NCBI GenBank assembly: GCA_030704615.1
Contig: CM060733.1
Location: 16,864,001 to 16,928,000, forward strand
DNA: 64,000 nucleotides
Source: Takakia lepidozioides
Taxonomy: Eukaryota; Plantae; Bryophyta
Direction: 5' to 3'
Part shown: positions 14,101 to 25,456 of the stretch, one piece after another
Numbering within the stretch: the first letter of the stretch is position 1
Layout: the number at the start of each line of letters is the position of its first letter
The notes under the pieces: generated by a model
The model's database searches: none
The model's input: the letters and a program-made list of their open reading frames with translations, nothing else
Told to the model about the DNA's origin: nothing
Program-made: the position numbers and the translations under genes

Positions 14101-14392
14101 AGTTTAGGCGGAACAAAAGGGCACAGACACTACCTTTGTTAGGGCTCACTCCAGTAGTGGGACTTACCATGATATAAACAATTAGTTCTGGCTTTCAAGA
14201 TTCCCTTAGAAAGCCCTTCACAGACATCAGACTGTTGTGTATGATCTGCTGAACAGTTTGATCCCAACTGGGCCAGGGCTTTAGGCTCAGCCTGGAGATT
14301 TGAAAGTTGGTGAACAGAGGTGCAGGATTGTGTTCTTTGTGTTCCTGAAGAGGGCTTTTCTCTGATGAGAATACCCCTGGAGGGAGAGGAGG

Positions 14393-14432
<40 letters not shown>

Positions 14433-17400
14433 AGAATATACTCATAAGACGTTGTTTGCGGTAGTCTTGTGGCCATAGACCCCACGCCCAGTTTGGGTGG
14501 AACAAAAGGGACCAGAAACTACCTTTGTGAGGGGCTCACTCTGGTTGGTGTTACTTACCTGGGTATAAACTATTAGTTTGGGCTTTCCAGATATCCTCTA
14601 GAATGCCCTTCAGACAAGTATCAATCTACTGTGGGTGGGCATTCGAAAAGGTAGACCCAATATGCCGGGACTTTAGGCTCAGCCTAGGAGAGAGAGAGAA
14701 TGTACTCAAAGACGTTGTTTGCCATAGCGCTGTGGCCATAGACCCTGTGCCCAGTTTAGGCGGGGAGAGAGAGAGGTGTGCCCCAACTGGTTCATCCCTG
14801 TCAATATGCTGTAGGGTTATCCAGTGAGCTGGGTTGACCCTGAGGTACGATGGGCTGCTTCTGGTGATACTCTGGCCATCCCCAATCTCTACGTGGATAG
14901 AAGATATGAAGTCTTTGGGATAAGAAAGTAGTGAATCAAATTCTTTATGCAATTGTCAAGTTGTTTGAATGCGAACGTAATTTTCTGCAATGGAAGAAGA
15001 TCAGATGGCTGGGTTTCTGTGTCCACTATGCTGGATTAACATCCCAAGCTCTCTGAGCAGCCAGGCTTATTTTGTAGATTATCATGATTGAGGAGAAAGG
15101 TTTCTATTATCTGCCACAGCAAATTTTCAATCAGCTGCCAGCTACTGTTGGTGAGTTGTAGCACAGTTGCCTGGTTTGACTTCTCTTGAGCCATTGTGGA
15201 CTGTTGATTTCATGGACTTAACTCTTGATGGTGTAATGGTACATAGGACTACAACCACAAGCTGGCCCAAGCGAGGGCAGGACGCAGCAGCAAAAGCAAG
15301 CTACTTTTGGCCAAGTTCAATCGGGAAAACGCATTGGAAGGATGGGAACTGCGTGAAGGCACCTACTTCAAAGATGATATTTCAGTCAAGTACGATGGTG
15401 GAATGGATGCTCAGCTTGAGGTTGCTGAGGATGGCAATGCCATTTTCTCGGGTCTGCCCATTTCCATAGGCACATTCCCTGTGGCTAGCTAAACAATACT
15501 AGTTTGAAGGGCATAGCTGAAATAGTCACAATTCTGAAGAGTATGTCATCTTGGTTCAAATTGCGTTCTCCCCCAAAAGTGATGTTGGGATGAAGCAAAC
15601 AAAGCCCCTTTGAGTCTTCGTCAGTGGAAATTCGTGATTGGACTTGTGTGTTGATATCTGGGCCATTCTTTACAAGCGATCCTCATGTAGCAATTCCCAG
15701 ACAGCCATTTAACCTGAATTTTGAGGTCCGCAGTATAAAGTGATTCTGACGACTTCCGTCTCAAACCCATCAACTCTGTGATTGCTTGTGTAAAAGTTGC
15801 TTAGCTTTACTGCCTAAATATACAACGGTTTAGTTTTTTCTTGGTGGAGAAACTTAGAGCTATGGCTTGCTTTGCCCTCCTGTAAGCATATCATACTTAA
15901 AATGTCTAGAACTAAATGTGGGTCATAATCTACTGGTTGAAGTCTTGCAGTGATACTGGTGGACGGTACCTACAGTGAGATTGCAGGCATGCTAGTATTT
16001 GTCCCTCTTTTGTCACATGAATTATCTCAAGTGGGCATCATTCTCTGCTTTGGTAGCTTGCTAATGTGCACTGTTTGTGGAACTGCTATTGCAGGTTATG
16101 TTTTCACTCGGGGGGGCTATGTGGAACTTGCAAAGAGGCTCATGCTTCCCCCTGGGCTCACTCTTGACAGGTATGCACATGAGTGTTGCAGGAAAGCATT
16201 GTGAACAGTCATCACCCAAGTTTGCATCAAGCCCTACTTTTCAGTACAGTCATTTGTTAAGGAGTCCTACAAGCTTCTTTTACGTTACACATGTGTAAAC
16301 TCTTCTGTTTACAATCTTTTTACATGTGGAGAGCTGTTGTGGAGGTGGGCAGATTTGAGGGGCTGGTGCTTTCAGTACGTGGAGATGGGAAGGCCTACAC
16401 ACTGCTGCTGGAAGCTGGGCCATTCAAGGAGAACACTCCATCCAAACTTTACTTTGCACGCTTCTCCACGGGACTGGGATATAGCAGGGTCAATTTCTCT
16501 GGCCCTCCCTTGTTGCACCATCTCACTAGTGCTCAATAGTTCCATGAATAAAACCCTCCATTTTTCAAGTCTTCTGCTTCTCTTAAAAGTCTGAATGCAG
16601 TCTAAATAAAGAAAGCCTATCATGCCATGTAAACAAGGATTGTTTAGTAGTTGTGACTGAGGTCTGGTTCACACTCACAGGGAATAGCAAACCTGATGGA
16701 ATCTGGCTTGATGGTATATGAAGCTTTTCTCCAGGGTATTGGGATTGTAAGTGACAGGTGATGGCTACCTACTTCGTATATACACACACACGTCTATAGC
16801 ACACCTACATAGGTTGGCCTTTTCATATAGCAGATTGAAAAAATATACTTTTGATGGTTGCAGATCAGGGTACCCTTTTCTACATTTCGACCCATGAATC
16901 CAGAGGATCCAGCACTTGATCTGTTTCTGGTGCACAGCCTCGTCATTCGGTTTGAACCCAGACGACAGGTGAGTTAGATGTCCATCCTCAAGGGCTACAC
17001 ATGATGAGTTTATGGATCCCCATGAGGCATGGCTTGAGAGTTTCCAGACATGAGATGCTAGTGGATGAGTTTCATGTTCGAGGTGCAGATCAGCATTCAT
17101 CAGAGAGGTGTTAACTCAGTACACGGTACAAATTGAGTCCTCGCGCAGTTCAATCAGTAATTCATCCCTTTCAGAGTTGATATGGCATCATTCTTTCTGA
17201 TGAAGAATTCGTGTTACAGAGGCCTGCAGCACCTCGGTCAGCCAGTGCCGGAAATGGAGTGACCACGGAAGCCCAGACTAACAGCTTCAAGCTTGTCCTT
17301 GACTACATCAAAGCCTTGCCAGTATGCTCCCTGCCCCTTCTCCCTGTCCTATTATTGCATGACTTGCATACCCAAGAAATCTTGCATGAGGTTCCACCAA

Positions 17401-19224
17401 CCTCAGCTGCTTATTTGGTCAAAGGTTGTCAGGTGTTTCAGGTGCAATCCTAATACTGTTACTTGCAGGCTGTCTAGTATATTGTTTACTCATCAATATG
17501 AGTTTTGCTTAGTTGTTGACTGGTACGGAGATTGATGCCTGCTAACTGGCATGTTTGGATTACTGCAGGGAGGGCAGGAGACTGATTTCATATTAGTGTC
17601 CTGCTCTGGGGACGGAGTAGCGCCTGAGATCCGAGACAAAATCCGTAAGGCTAAACAGGTGCACTCCCCTGGCTTGCTGCTTGGCTGGCTCATAAGACTT
17701 CAATTTCTTCAGAGGATCTATTGATATGATACAGTGTGCTCCGTTTAACCCTGGAGCATAGAACCTCCATATCAAGATGGTCAAATTTTCCCTGCAAATC
17801 ATTGTTTCTGATGTGTTTGTCACTATTTCCCTGTGGGTTTGTCAGTCTGGAGAGTCGGCATTGCGTAACTCGGGTCTCGGTTATACCGTCATCCGGCCTG
17901 GACCCCTTCAGGTATCTTCCTTCACTCACTGAAATCCTGCTTTGCGTTAGAGCTTGGACAAGCTTCTCGCCTTCTGAGCAAGATCCTAGCCTGGGTCAGA
18001 TTTTGTCACTACCCTAGCTGGATTGCAACCAGCAATCCGTGGAGGTAAATATCTTAGTGCACCATCATCATAACGCACTGGTGAAGAGAGATTCTGTACA
18101 ATGAGATTTTAAATCTATGTAGATATATCTTGTGATGCCAAACAAGCAGAGCAAAACCTGGAGGACTGCGCTAGTAACAGTAACCAGTTAACAAAAAAGG
18201 CGGGGGGGTTTTAAAGCTTAGGTTCTTCCACTGGTGAAGCACTGCAGGAGATTTTGTAATAGATGTGACTACATTGTGCAGGAGGAGCCAGGGGGACAGC
18301 GGGCTTTGGTGTTTGACCAAGGTGACCGCATTACTCAGGTCTCATTATCTTCCTTCTGTTGCTTGTCATTCCGGGGATGTTGATGCATATACAAAAAGTA
18401 TGATCCTTCATCTGCAAGGCTGCTAAATCCTTCATTGACAGCCTTCACAATCTTCGAGCCATAAATAGCAATCAGTCCATTGTGCTTTCTCTTTATAGGA
18501 GTGTCATGAGTCTGGAAAGACTGACATGACTTCTACAAATATGTTGTTGGAGTCCAGGGTATAAGCTGCGCTGATGTAGCAGATGTCTGTGTGAAGGCGC
18601 TCCACAACCCAACTGCTCGCAACAAGAGCTTTGATGTATGTTACATTCTTGTGCTTGTGCCCAACAAAAGGAGGTGCATGGAAAAGTGGAAAGCGTTTCT
18701 AGTCATGTTCTCAAATACCAATTCTGGGGTAGTGGGTACTTTTCAAGGGGACTTATCTAGTAGGTGGGTACAAGAAGGTCAACACAATCAAGTGGATTCT
18801 ACCATTGGTGCTTATGACGTTGGAGATCCTGAAGTATTGGGGATAATCTTGGTCCTGGTACGGAGAGAGCTACTTCAGATTCTGGCATATATCTGAAGCT
18901 TGTTGGTTACTTTGCATGTGACAGGTTTGTTATGAGTATACAGCACAAGAAGGGCAAGGCCTGTATGAACTGGTGAGTGCCCTCCCCTTGATGTAACACT
19001 AGTAATTCCCGGTAGTAGGGCATTGACACATCTAAAGTTATAATTTGACATGTTCTGAATGTGGAGATGGTTTGTTGATGGACATTCATATCGGACAATG
19101 TTCTCTTGTTGGACATTGTGATGAAAAAAGTGGACGTTTGACTGTGTGACAGGTGGCACATTTGCCCGATAAGTCGAATAACTACTTGACTCCAGCTCTA
19201 GCAGTTCTTGAGAAGAACACATGA
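11117..19224 (+). CDS. HCF173: HIGH CHLOROPHYLL FLUORESCENCE 173 (atypical SDR/NAD(P)-binding Rossmann fold split by a CIA30 domain; psbA translation factor). Approximate exons: 11117-11377, 11799-12077, 12360-12572, 15248-15451, 16095-16170, 16353-16488, 16864-16968, 17221-17321, 17569-17658, 17846-17911, 18282-18338, 18558-18635, 18924-18971, 19153-19224
   Basis: Contains SLEDVNPVGLGRRSRQLFDDVW, VLVAGATGRVGRILVRKL, YVFTRGGYVEL, FKLVLDYIKALP, GYTVIRPGPLQEEPGGQRALVFDQG, GISCADVADVCVKALH and the C-terminus VAHLPDKSNNYLTPALAVLEKNT*. The N-terminus resembles a transit peptide. Confidence 0.92.
12660..13450. repeat. Local direct repeats in HCF173 intron 3
   Basis: aagctcaaagagcttatgggacaa occurs three times (about 12667, 12882, 12980). 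A unit of about 135 bp occurs twice (about 13068-13205 and 13315-13450). Confidence 0.7.
13728..14772 (-). mobile_element. Head-to-tail array (about 3 units of 330-390 bp) of a LINE-like 3' fragment with (TC)n tails
   Basis: Recurring unit gtactcataagacgttgtttgccgtagcc…ctgatgagaataccc next to (GA)n tracts. The minus strand reads as a degenerate LINE C-terminus-like peptide (GYSHQR..LF, VKGFL..IW.ARTNCLY). The same family occurs at 52600-52845 and 59570-60051. Confidence 0.65.
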
Positions 19225-21576
19225 CTGATTGTGAGATTCCCAGTAGAAACTGCCTTCACACATCTCGATGCGGAATTGTGTCTTGATAGCAACATTCTAA
19301 GGTACACCACCCACAATAGCGTGCAAACGCTGCAACAAAAGTGATCATTTTAGCATTGTTTTAATTCAGTTTGAAATGAGCTCGAGCTCCTGTTGCATGA
19401 TTTGTTTCTCACATTTTTTCCAAGAAACTTGTATTTATCACACTGCAGTATGATAGGCAGCCATGAATGCAACTTATTGTCATGCATTGTATCCTGATTT
19501 CTATCTCATCTCAGCATGTATAAGAGTGCTGAGGTATGTAGCATTATGTAGATCATTTGAGTCCATTAGTTCAGAGAGAGAGATTCAATTCTTAGATCGG
19601 TTTGCTCTGATACCAGCGCTAGACATACTGTAGGAGAGCTTATGGATTAGAAGCTTCTACTTCAGTTTTAGTAAGTTTGTCCATCATCTCCAACACGTTC
19701 TTGTCTTCTGTCTTATGTTTTGATTGATCTTCTGTATGATTCATGTTAGTCTACCTATCAGTATGTGTAGTAGAGTCTCTCAGGTCCAAAGTGGTATAGC
19801 ACCCGTGCAACAGCAGCCACCACAGAAGCTAGACTTAAGAGACTATCCTTCTGCAAAAGTTACAGGGGAGTTTTGAACTCAATACTGATGCTGAGTGCAG
19901 ATGGAAAGGACATCAATCAGGGAAACATGGAATGCTCATCAATTTACTCATTTATTATGCCATTCAATGTTTTTTGGCCCATTTGAAAACAGAGATTGGA
20001 AAATACACACGACAAGAACAAATTGTTTCTAAGAGCGGAAGCTTACACACCAATGCATAAGGAGAAACGCACATTGAAGCAATTGCTCGGGATTCCCTGC
20101 CTCACCCAAACAAAGCAAAGATTGTAAGAGATACAAGGTGGCATGTGTAGTTGCTCCAGTACCTGCACAAAGTCAAATACTGAAACAGTAAAGAGGCTTC
20201 AATGTTTCACTTTTCGTTTAAGAGGCATTCCTTGCTAATGAAAAAGTTGTTTGTTGGTCTGAACATATCTACAGCAGTCAGTTTGGTTTTTCAGATGTGA
20301 GGAGGAATTACCTCAAGGCCTCCAGGGCACCAGACATGCGCAATACAATATGCGGCCCAGTGAACCAGCAATTGCGCTTGCGAGTAAAAATTCAGAACAT
20401 CCTCCAAACATTTCAACAATCTGGCATTGTTTGTAGAATCAATAATAGGTCAGCTTTGAGCATGAGATCATTGTAGCATACTTCTCTCCCTATGGCAACC
20501 CTATCAGTCAAATTGTTTTGCCAGTGCTGTCTTCTTTATATCAGTCTCTGCCTATGTGCCCTGTCCTTGTTCTATGCTCAAAGCAAGAGGGACAACACAG
20601 CCCAAAATCACAACCAGAACCAAATATAAATCCTTTAACAGATTGGAAATTTTTCAAACAAAAAGTATAATGGGAAGTACCCTTTAAGTAGTTAGAGGAC
20701 CCAACATGTCAGCCAGCAAAATCCTCTGGTATATAATCTTAATTAACAATTTGGATTCCAGATTCAGTTTGACAACTGGCAAAAGGATACAGTTCCCTCA
20801 CTTTACCATTTTACAACAGCGCCATGGCCTAAATTAGCATAGCAATTGTGTGGTGAGCCAAATTTCATCAGTTGATGCTTTCCTTCCCTTTAGTCTCTGA
20901 CCATTGAACTAGTGAATTTTCAGGAACTCAAGCAGCTACAACTCCAATTAGCTAGCACTAGCTTCAGGTGACTATGATTGTTTATTGGAGAACACAACTG
21001 TCGCTTCTTGGCTTTCTCATTCTGGTTTTGTCTCAACCCAATCTATGACATTTTGCATGATATAGGGAGGTAAGGGTGGGGTTTTTGACAATTGCTCTAA
21101 CTAAAGTTCCTAGTCCGGAAATGTCGCATAGTTACATAGAATGATGTGGCGGAATGTTAACACGTAAAATTCATGTCCTAACGTGTGTCGCATCACCTCA
21201 AAAACCAACTTCACTATATTTTTATTTATTTTTTAATTATGTATATGAGAAGGGCATGAGTGGAGGGCCTTCTGCCATCTAAGGGCTGTAGACGAGGGCG
21301 ATAGCCCGAGGCCAGGTCCCAAAAATGACAGAAGGCCCGACACGTGGGCCATTCTCCTGCATAAAGAACCGCCCGAGAATGAAATTAAAACAATTAAAAA
21401 ATTGAAGTGTGGCCTTACGAATTCGTAAGATCACTCCTGTTTTGCCACAGGAGCCTTACGGAAACGTAAGATCACTGTTTGTCAGAGTAGAGATTGCGCC
21501 ATATAACGCGCCTAAATATACACAACGCAATTCTCGGGCAGTTCTTTACGCTATATAGTTAACTTTGATGACATGT

Positions 21577-22559
21577 CACTATAGGAAAAAAGGGGGGGTA
21601 GCGACACTGCGGCGTCGCTAAAGCCCCCTTTTGGGGCGGGGTGCAACCCCCAGATTGCGACGCCCGGGCGTCGCTATTGACTGATGGGGGTCGCTAGGTA
21701 ACGCCGGGGCGAGGAGGCCACGCCAACGCGACTTGCGATGCCTTAACGTCGCAATTTTTATTTTATTTTATTTTATTTTATTTGGTTTCCTTATCTACGA
21801 TGCCGCATTACCGACGTCCGGGGGTCGCAAAGTGCGACCCTCAGACGTCGCAGTTGAGGGGGGGTACATTTGAATTTAGGTAGGAAAATTTGAATTTGAA
21901 TTTGAATTTGAAATTCAAAAACTTGTTGACCATTGATTCCGGTTCTGTCCAATGGCAGTATGTTAATTGTTCTACATATATTACACAATGCATACTTGAA
22001 CCTAGGACCTCCACGTTATAACATTTCTAAGACACTATAGACTAATCAACATACCTACAATACATCTATGTATCATAAAAGCAGTCTAAGTATATATATA
22101 CATTCAAAATTTCTTTCAAGTTCTTTCTAAGGGGATCTTTCTTGTGACGCCAGGGAGTTGCAACCTCTATAGCCTTAGTACCCAACCCTAGCCCCAAACC
22201 CAGCGTCGTCGCCATTGTTGCAGCCCCAGCGTCAGGCGCCCCAAGCGACGTCCTTGTGATGACCTAAGTTGGCTACTATACCATTGCGACCCCCCGACGT
22301 CGCAGTGTACGGTGCTCCCAGCGACGCTGGGACGTCGCAACGCCCAAAAAAAAAAAAAAAAAAAAAAACGTTACGACCCCTCGGCGTTGCAAGAAAAAAA
22401 CCTGTTGCAACCCCCCTCGGCGACGCACCTTGCGACGGCTGGACGTCGCAAAAAGAGGCCACGGGGGGGGTGGCGTTGCAGGCCCCACACCGCGCCCAGC
22501 GTGGGGGCGCGACTGGCGTCGCTACCCCCCCCCCCCCCCCCTTCCCTTTTGCAGTAGTG
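21577..22559. mobile_element. Non-autonomous CACTA (En/Spm) element, 983 bp
   Basis: CACTA…TAGTG termini and a 3-bp TSD TGT on both sides. TIRs are imperfect (CACTA-N-AAAA-polyG-TAGCGAC). Many GCGACG/CGTCGC subterminal motifs flank an AT-rich core. Confidence 0.88.
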
Positions 22560-23684
22560 TGTTGGTAGCCAGATAGACGACTGCATACTAGTGGTCTCCG
22601 AGTATTGAAATATAAATGAGGACCGCCGCGGTCCCCAATATAATACTAGAATTTAAAACCATTCTTTTAAGTGAAAAAAGACAACCATCGCTAGCAAGCC
22701 ATCACTATTCAAATATAAATAGAGATCATCAGCCCTAGCAGTCCCAATCAGCGTTTTTTTTTCATTTAAGAACCTGAGCTACGTTGGCTCCTGGCTGGCC
22801 AATAAGGAAGATCAATTGGCGACTATGTGGCATGTGATCTCGAACCGGTGGCTACTGTCAAGAATGTTTGATAGGTTTTATGCGAACTCAACTCATGTAG
22901 TGTTTGGTTTGTGGCGACAAGGAAGGTAATTTTTTCTAAGTAACAACGACACTGCACATTGCAAATCATGTTGAGCAAAAATGCCATCTGGAGGAATTGA
23001 ACGTCAGCCACAAAGACTCTTCTCACTGCAGCACAGAACGGGACCTACACAAGCAAACCACATTAGTGTACAAGAACAAACATAAATGAAAAAAATACCC
23101 GGAATGCCTTAAAAGTTACGTGCAGATCAGAACAAAGCAAAGAAGCCATGGAAACAAAGGCAACCAGCCTAGCACAACTCTGTCACATGGATACAATCCA
23201 TTGACAAATATGACTAATCTTGTCCAAGATCAGCAACTCTGCTCAAAGCCTCATGTGCCAGTGCAAGAGGCGGTGCAAGTCTCTTTAAATGGAGGTGCAT
23301 GACACGGATACTAGGCGGGTAAACGAAACCTAAATGAGAGTTCCCTCCATAGCTCGACCCCTTGGCGAAAGCGGGAAGAGTTTGAACCCAAGGCTTTGCT
23401 CCTTGCGCTAGCAGGGTGGTAGGGTTTTTAGAAATCGATAGGCAAGATCATCTGGATTTAACGAACCCGAATGGCATGTGGCTATTTCCCTGTGCGACAG
23501 CTGTACAGGCGACGTCTTCATTGCAGCTACATGATGGCATTAGGGAGGGCAGTAATGCGAAACAGTGCCATATTTTAACCCATAATTCCTTTGTAGATTT
23601 CGTGAGGCCAATTTCTTCTTCGAAAAGTGGTGAAATTTCGAGCCAAAAAAAAACGCTGGTCCCAATGTAACATTATATTATATT

Positions 23685-24548
23685 AAGGTAGCCTATGCCG
23701 TTGGCCCATGTGTGAAGAATTGAAATCTAAGTCTAAGTGCAATTTCCTATCTATCCAAGTGCGTCTCATATGTTAAGGCCAATCTAAGCCCAAGTGCAAT
23801 CCCCTATGTGTCCAAGTGCGTCTCATATGAAAAAAATGAAGTTGGATGGTTGTTTAGTTACAAAGAATGTGGTACATGAATGAACTAATGTTTATAGAAT
23901 ATTGTACATGAACAAAATGAGCAACAATGTAGTAATGTGATTCAGAGATTGGCATTGGAATTTGGTGAAAGAGTTTATATTCATACTTATGTATATACTG
24001 CAATCATATATTGACAAAAACAATTTAATTTTTTCCATGAGTTTTATTGAGTAGTAATATGTAGTGTAGCATGTGCCGTTGGCCCAAATGTCCAATGTCA
24101 TCTAAGTCCCTTATGTATCCAAGTGCGTCTCCTATCGAGGCTTCATATATTGATATATCCAATCATTGTTGCAGGAAAGCCCACTTTGTTATTTTTCACG
24201 AATTTCCAAAGACAAAAGCACTTGAAATTCCAAATCTCTCACATGAAGGGCCAATCATTGCTCCAGGAAAGCCCACTTAAAGTTTGCTATGTTTTGCAAA
24301 TTTCCAGATTGGCCCAGGAAAGCCCATTTTGCTATTTTCGTGAATTTCCAGCGACCAAAAGTACTTGAAATTCCATATCTCCCACACGGCAGGTCCAAAA
24401 ATTATGAGAGCAAGCCGGTGCATCCCTCCTTATCAAGGGCTTTCCAACGGCACCAAGCACCAGGACTGGGCCCCCGCGGTTTGGGAGAACTCAATGACGC
24501 TACAAAACAAAACAAAACAAAACAAACAATCTCGCTTCGTATATTGAT
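23685..24548 (+). mobile_element. Probable Helitron/Helentron-like (DINE-type) non-autonomous repeat
   Basis: Internal short tandem repeats (ccaagtgcgtctc, ccaggaaagcccac), a terminal stem-loop region and an (AAAAC)n tract before the end. The assignment rests on recalled resemblance to moss repeats. Confidence 0.4.
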
Positions 24549-25456
24549 AATAAATTTAAATATTCAAAAAGAGTAAAAGGAATGACCGCTAGCCGAGGTG
24601 GTTCAATATAAAATTAAAATATGATTAAAAAGATACAAATGGACCGCCAACCCAGCTCCCAAAATAATATTACAATCTTGAATATGTATATATAGGGACT
24701 GCCAGCCCCCGTCCCCAACATAACATTAAAATTGAAAAACAAAATGTGGTGTGCCAACGTGGGCCATCCCCAATAAGAAAATTGGAGAGTACCAAGGTCC
24801 CCAATGAAAAAAAATTATTCCCAGGGCCTTTGTCCCCTGTTCATATAATAATAATAATAACATTTAAAAATAATTTAATGGAAAAAATAGGGATCGTCAA
24901 AGGTAGCGGTCCCTAATTATCAGAATATAACTGGGGAATGCCACCATAGTGGTCCCTAATTAACTTAACCCTTAAAGGACGAGCTAAAGTTTAGCACTTT
25001 TGGGTCAAACCAGTATATACCCTAACATCCCTGGCTATATCTTCCTACCCCCATCCATCCACATAGATAAACCTACAAACTCATTCCTACTGACGACTCA
25101 CAAAAGTCTTGGCAGATTTCACAGTTTCCAGGTTAGATGAATAATTTGTGAGTTTCCTAACCATTGGCAAATGAAGCACGTGGCAAGCGCCCGGCAGGCT
25201 GCAACGTGGGCGGTCAACTTGCAGGGGACACTTTTAATAATTTATTGTATTTTTAACCTCTGAGGTCACGTGATACCTTGTTAGAACGGGCTTTATTTAT
25301 CATACTGTTTTGGCTCAACTCTATAAGATTCCCTTAATAGTCTCATTGAAAAAATATCTTTGGTACAATAAGTACTGTTTACACATATCTATTTTTCTAA
25401 TATATTTGTTTTCAAATATTAGACAACGATAGAGCTAGTCATCCAAGTGTGATATG

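Noticed and set aside
19604-19615. Isolated minus-strand PBS (TGGTATCAGAGC)
   Set aside because: It is not preceded by an LTR ending in CA and no partner structure was found. At most it is a remnant.
21600-22540. CRISPR-like or coding repeats; ORFs 22232-22586
   Set aside because: These are irregular subterminal motifs and homopolymers of a CACTA element in eukaryotic DNA. There is no constant repeat-spacer period.
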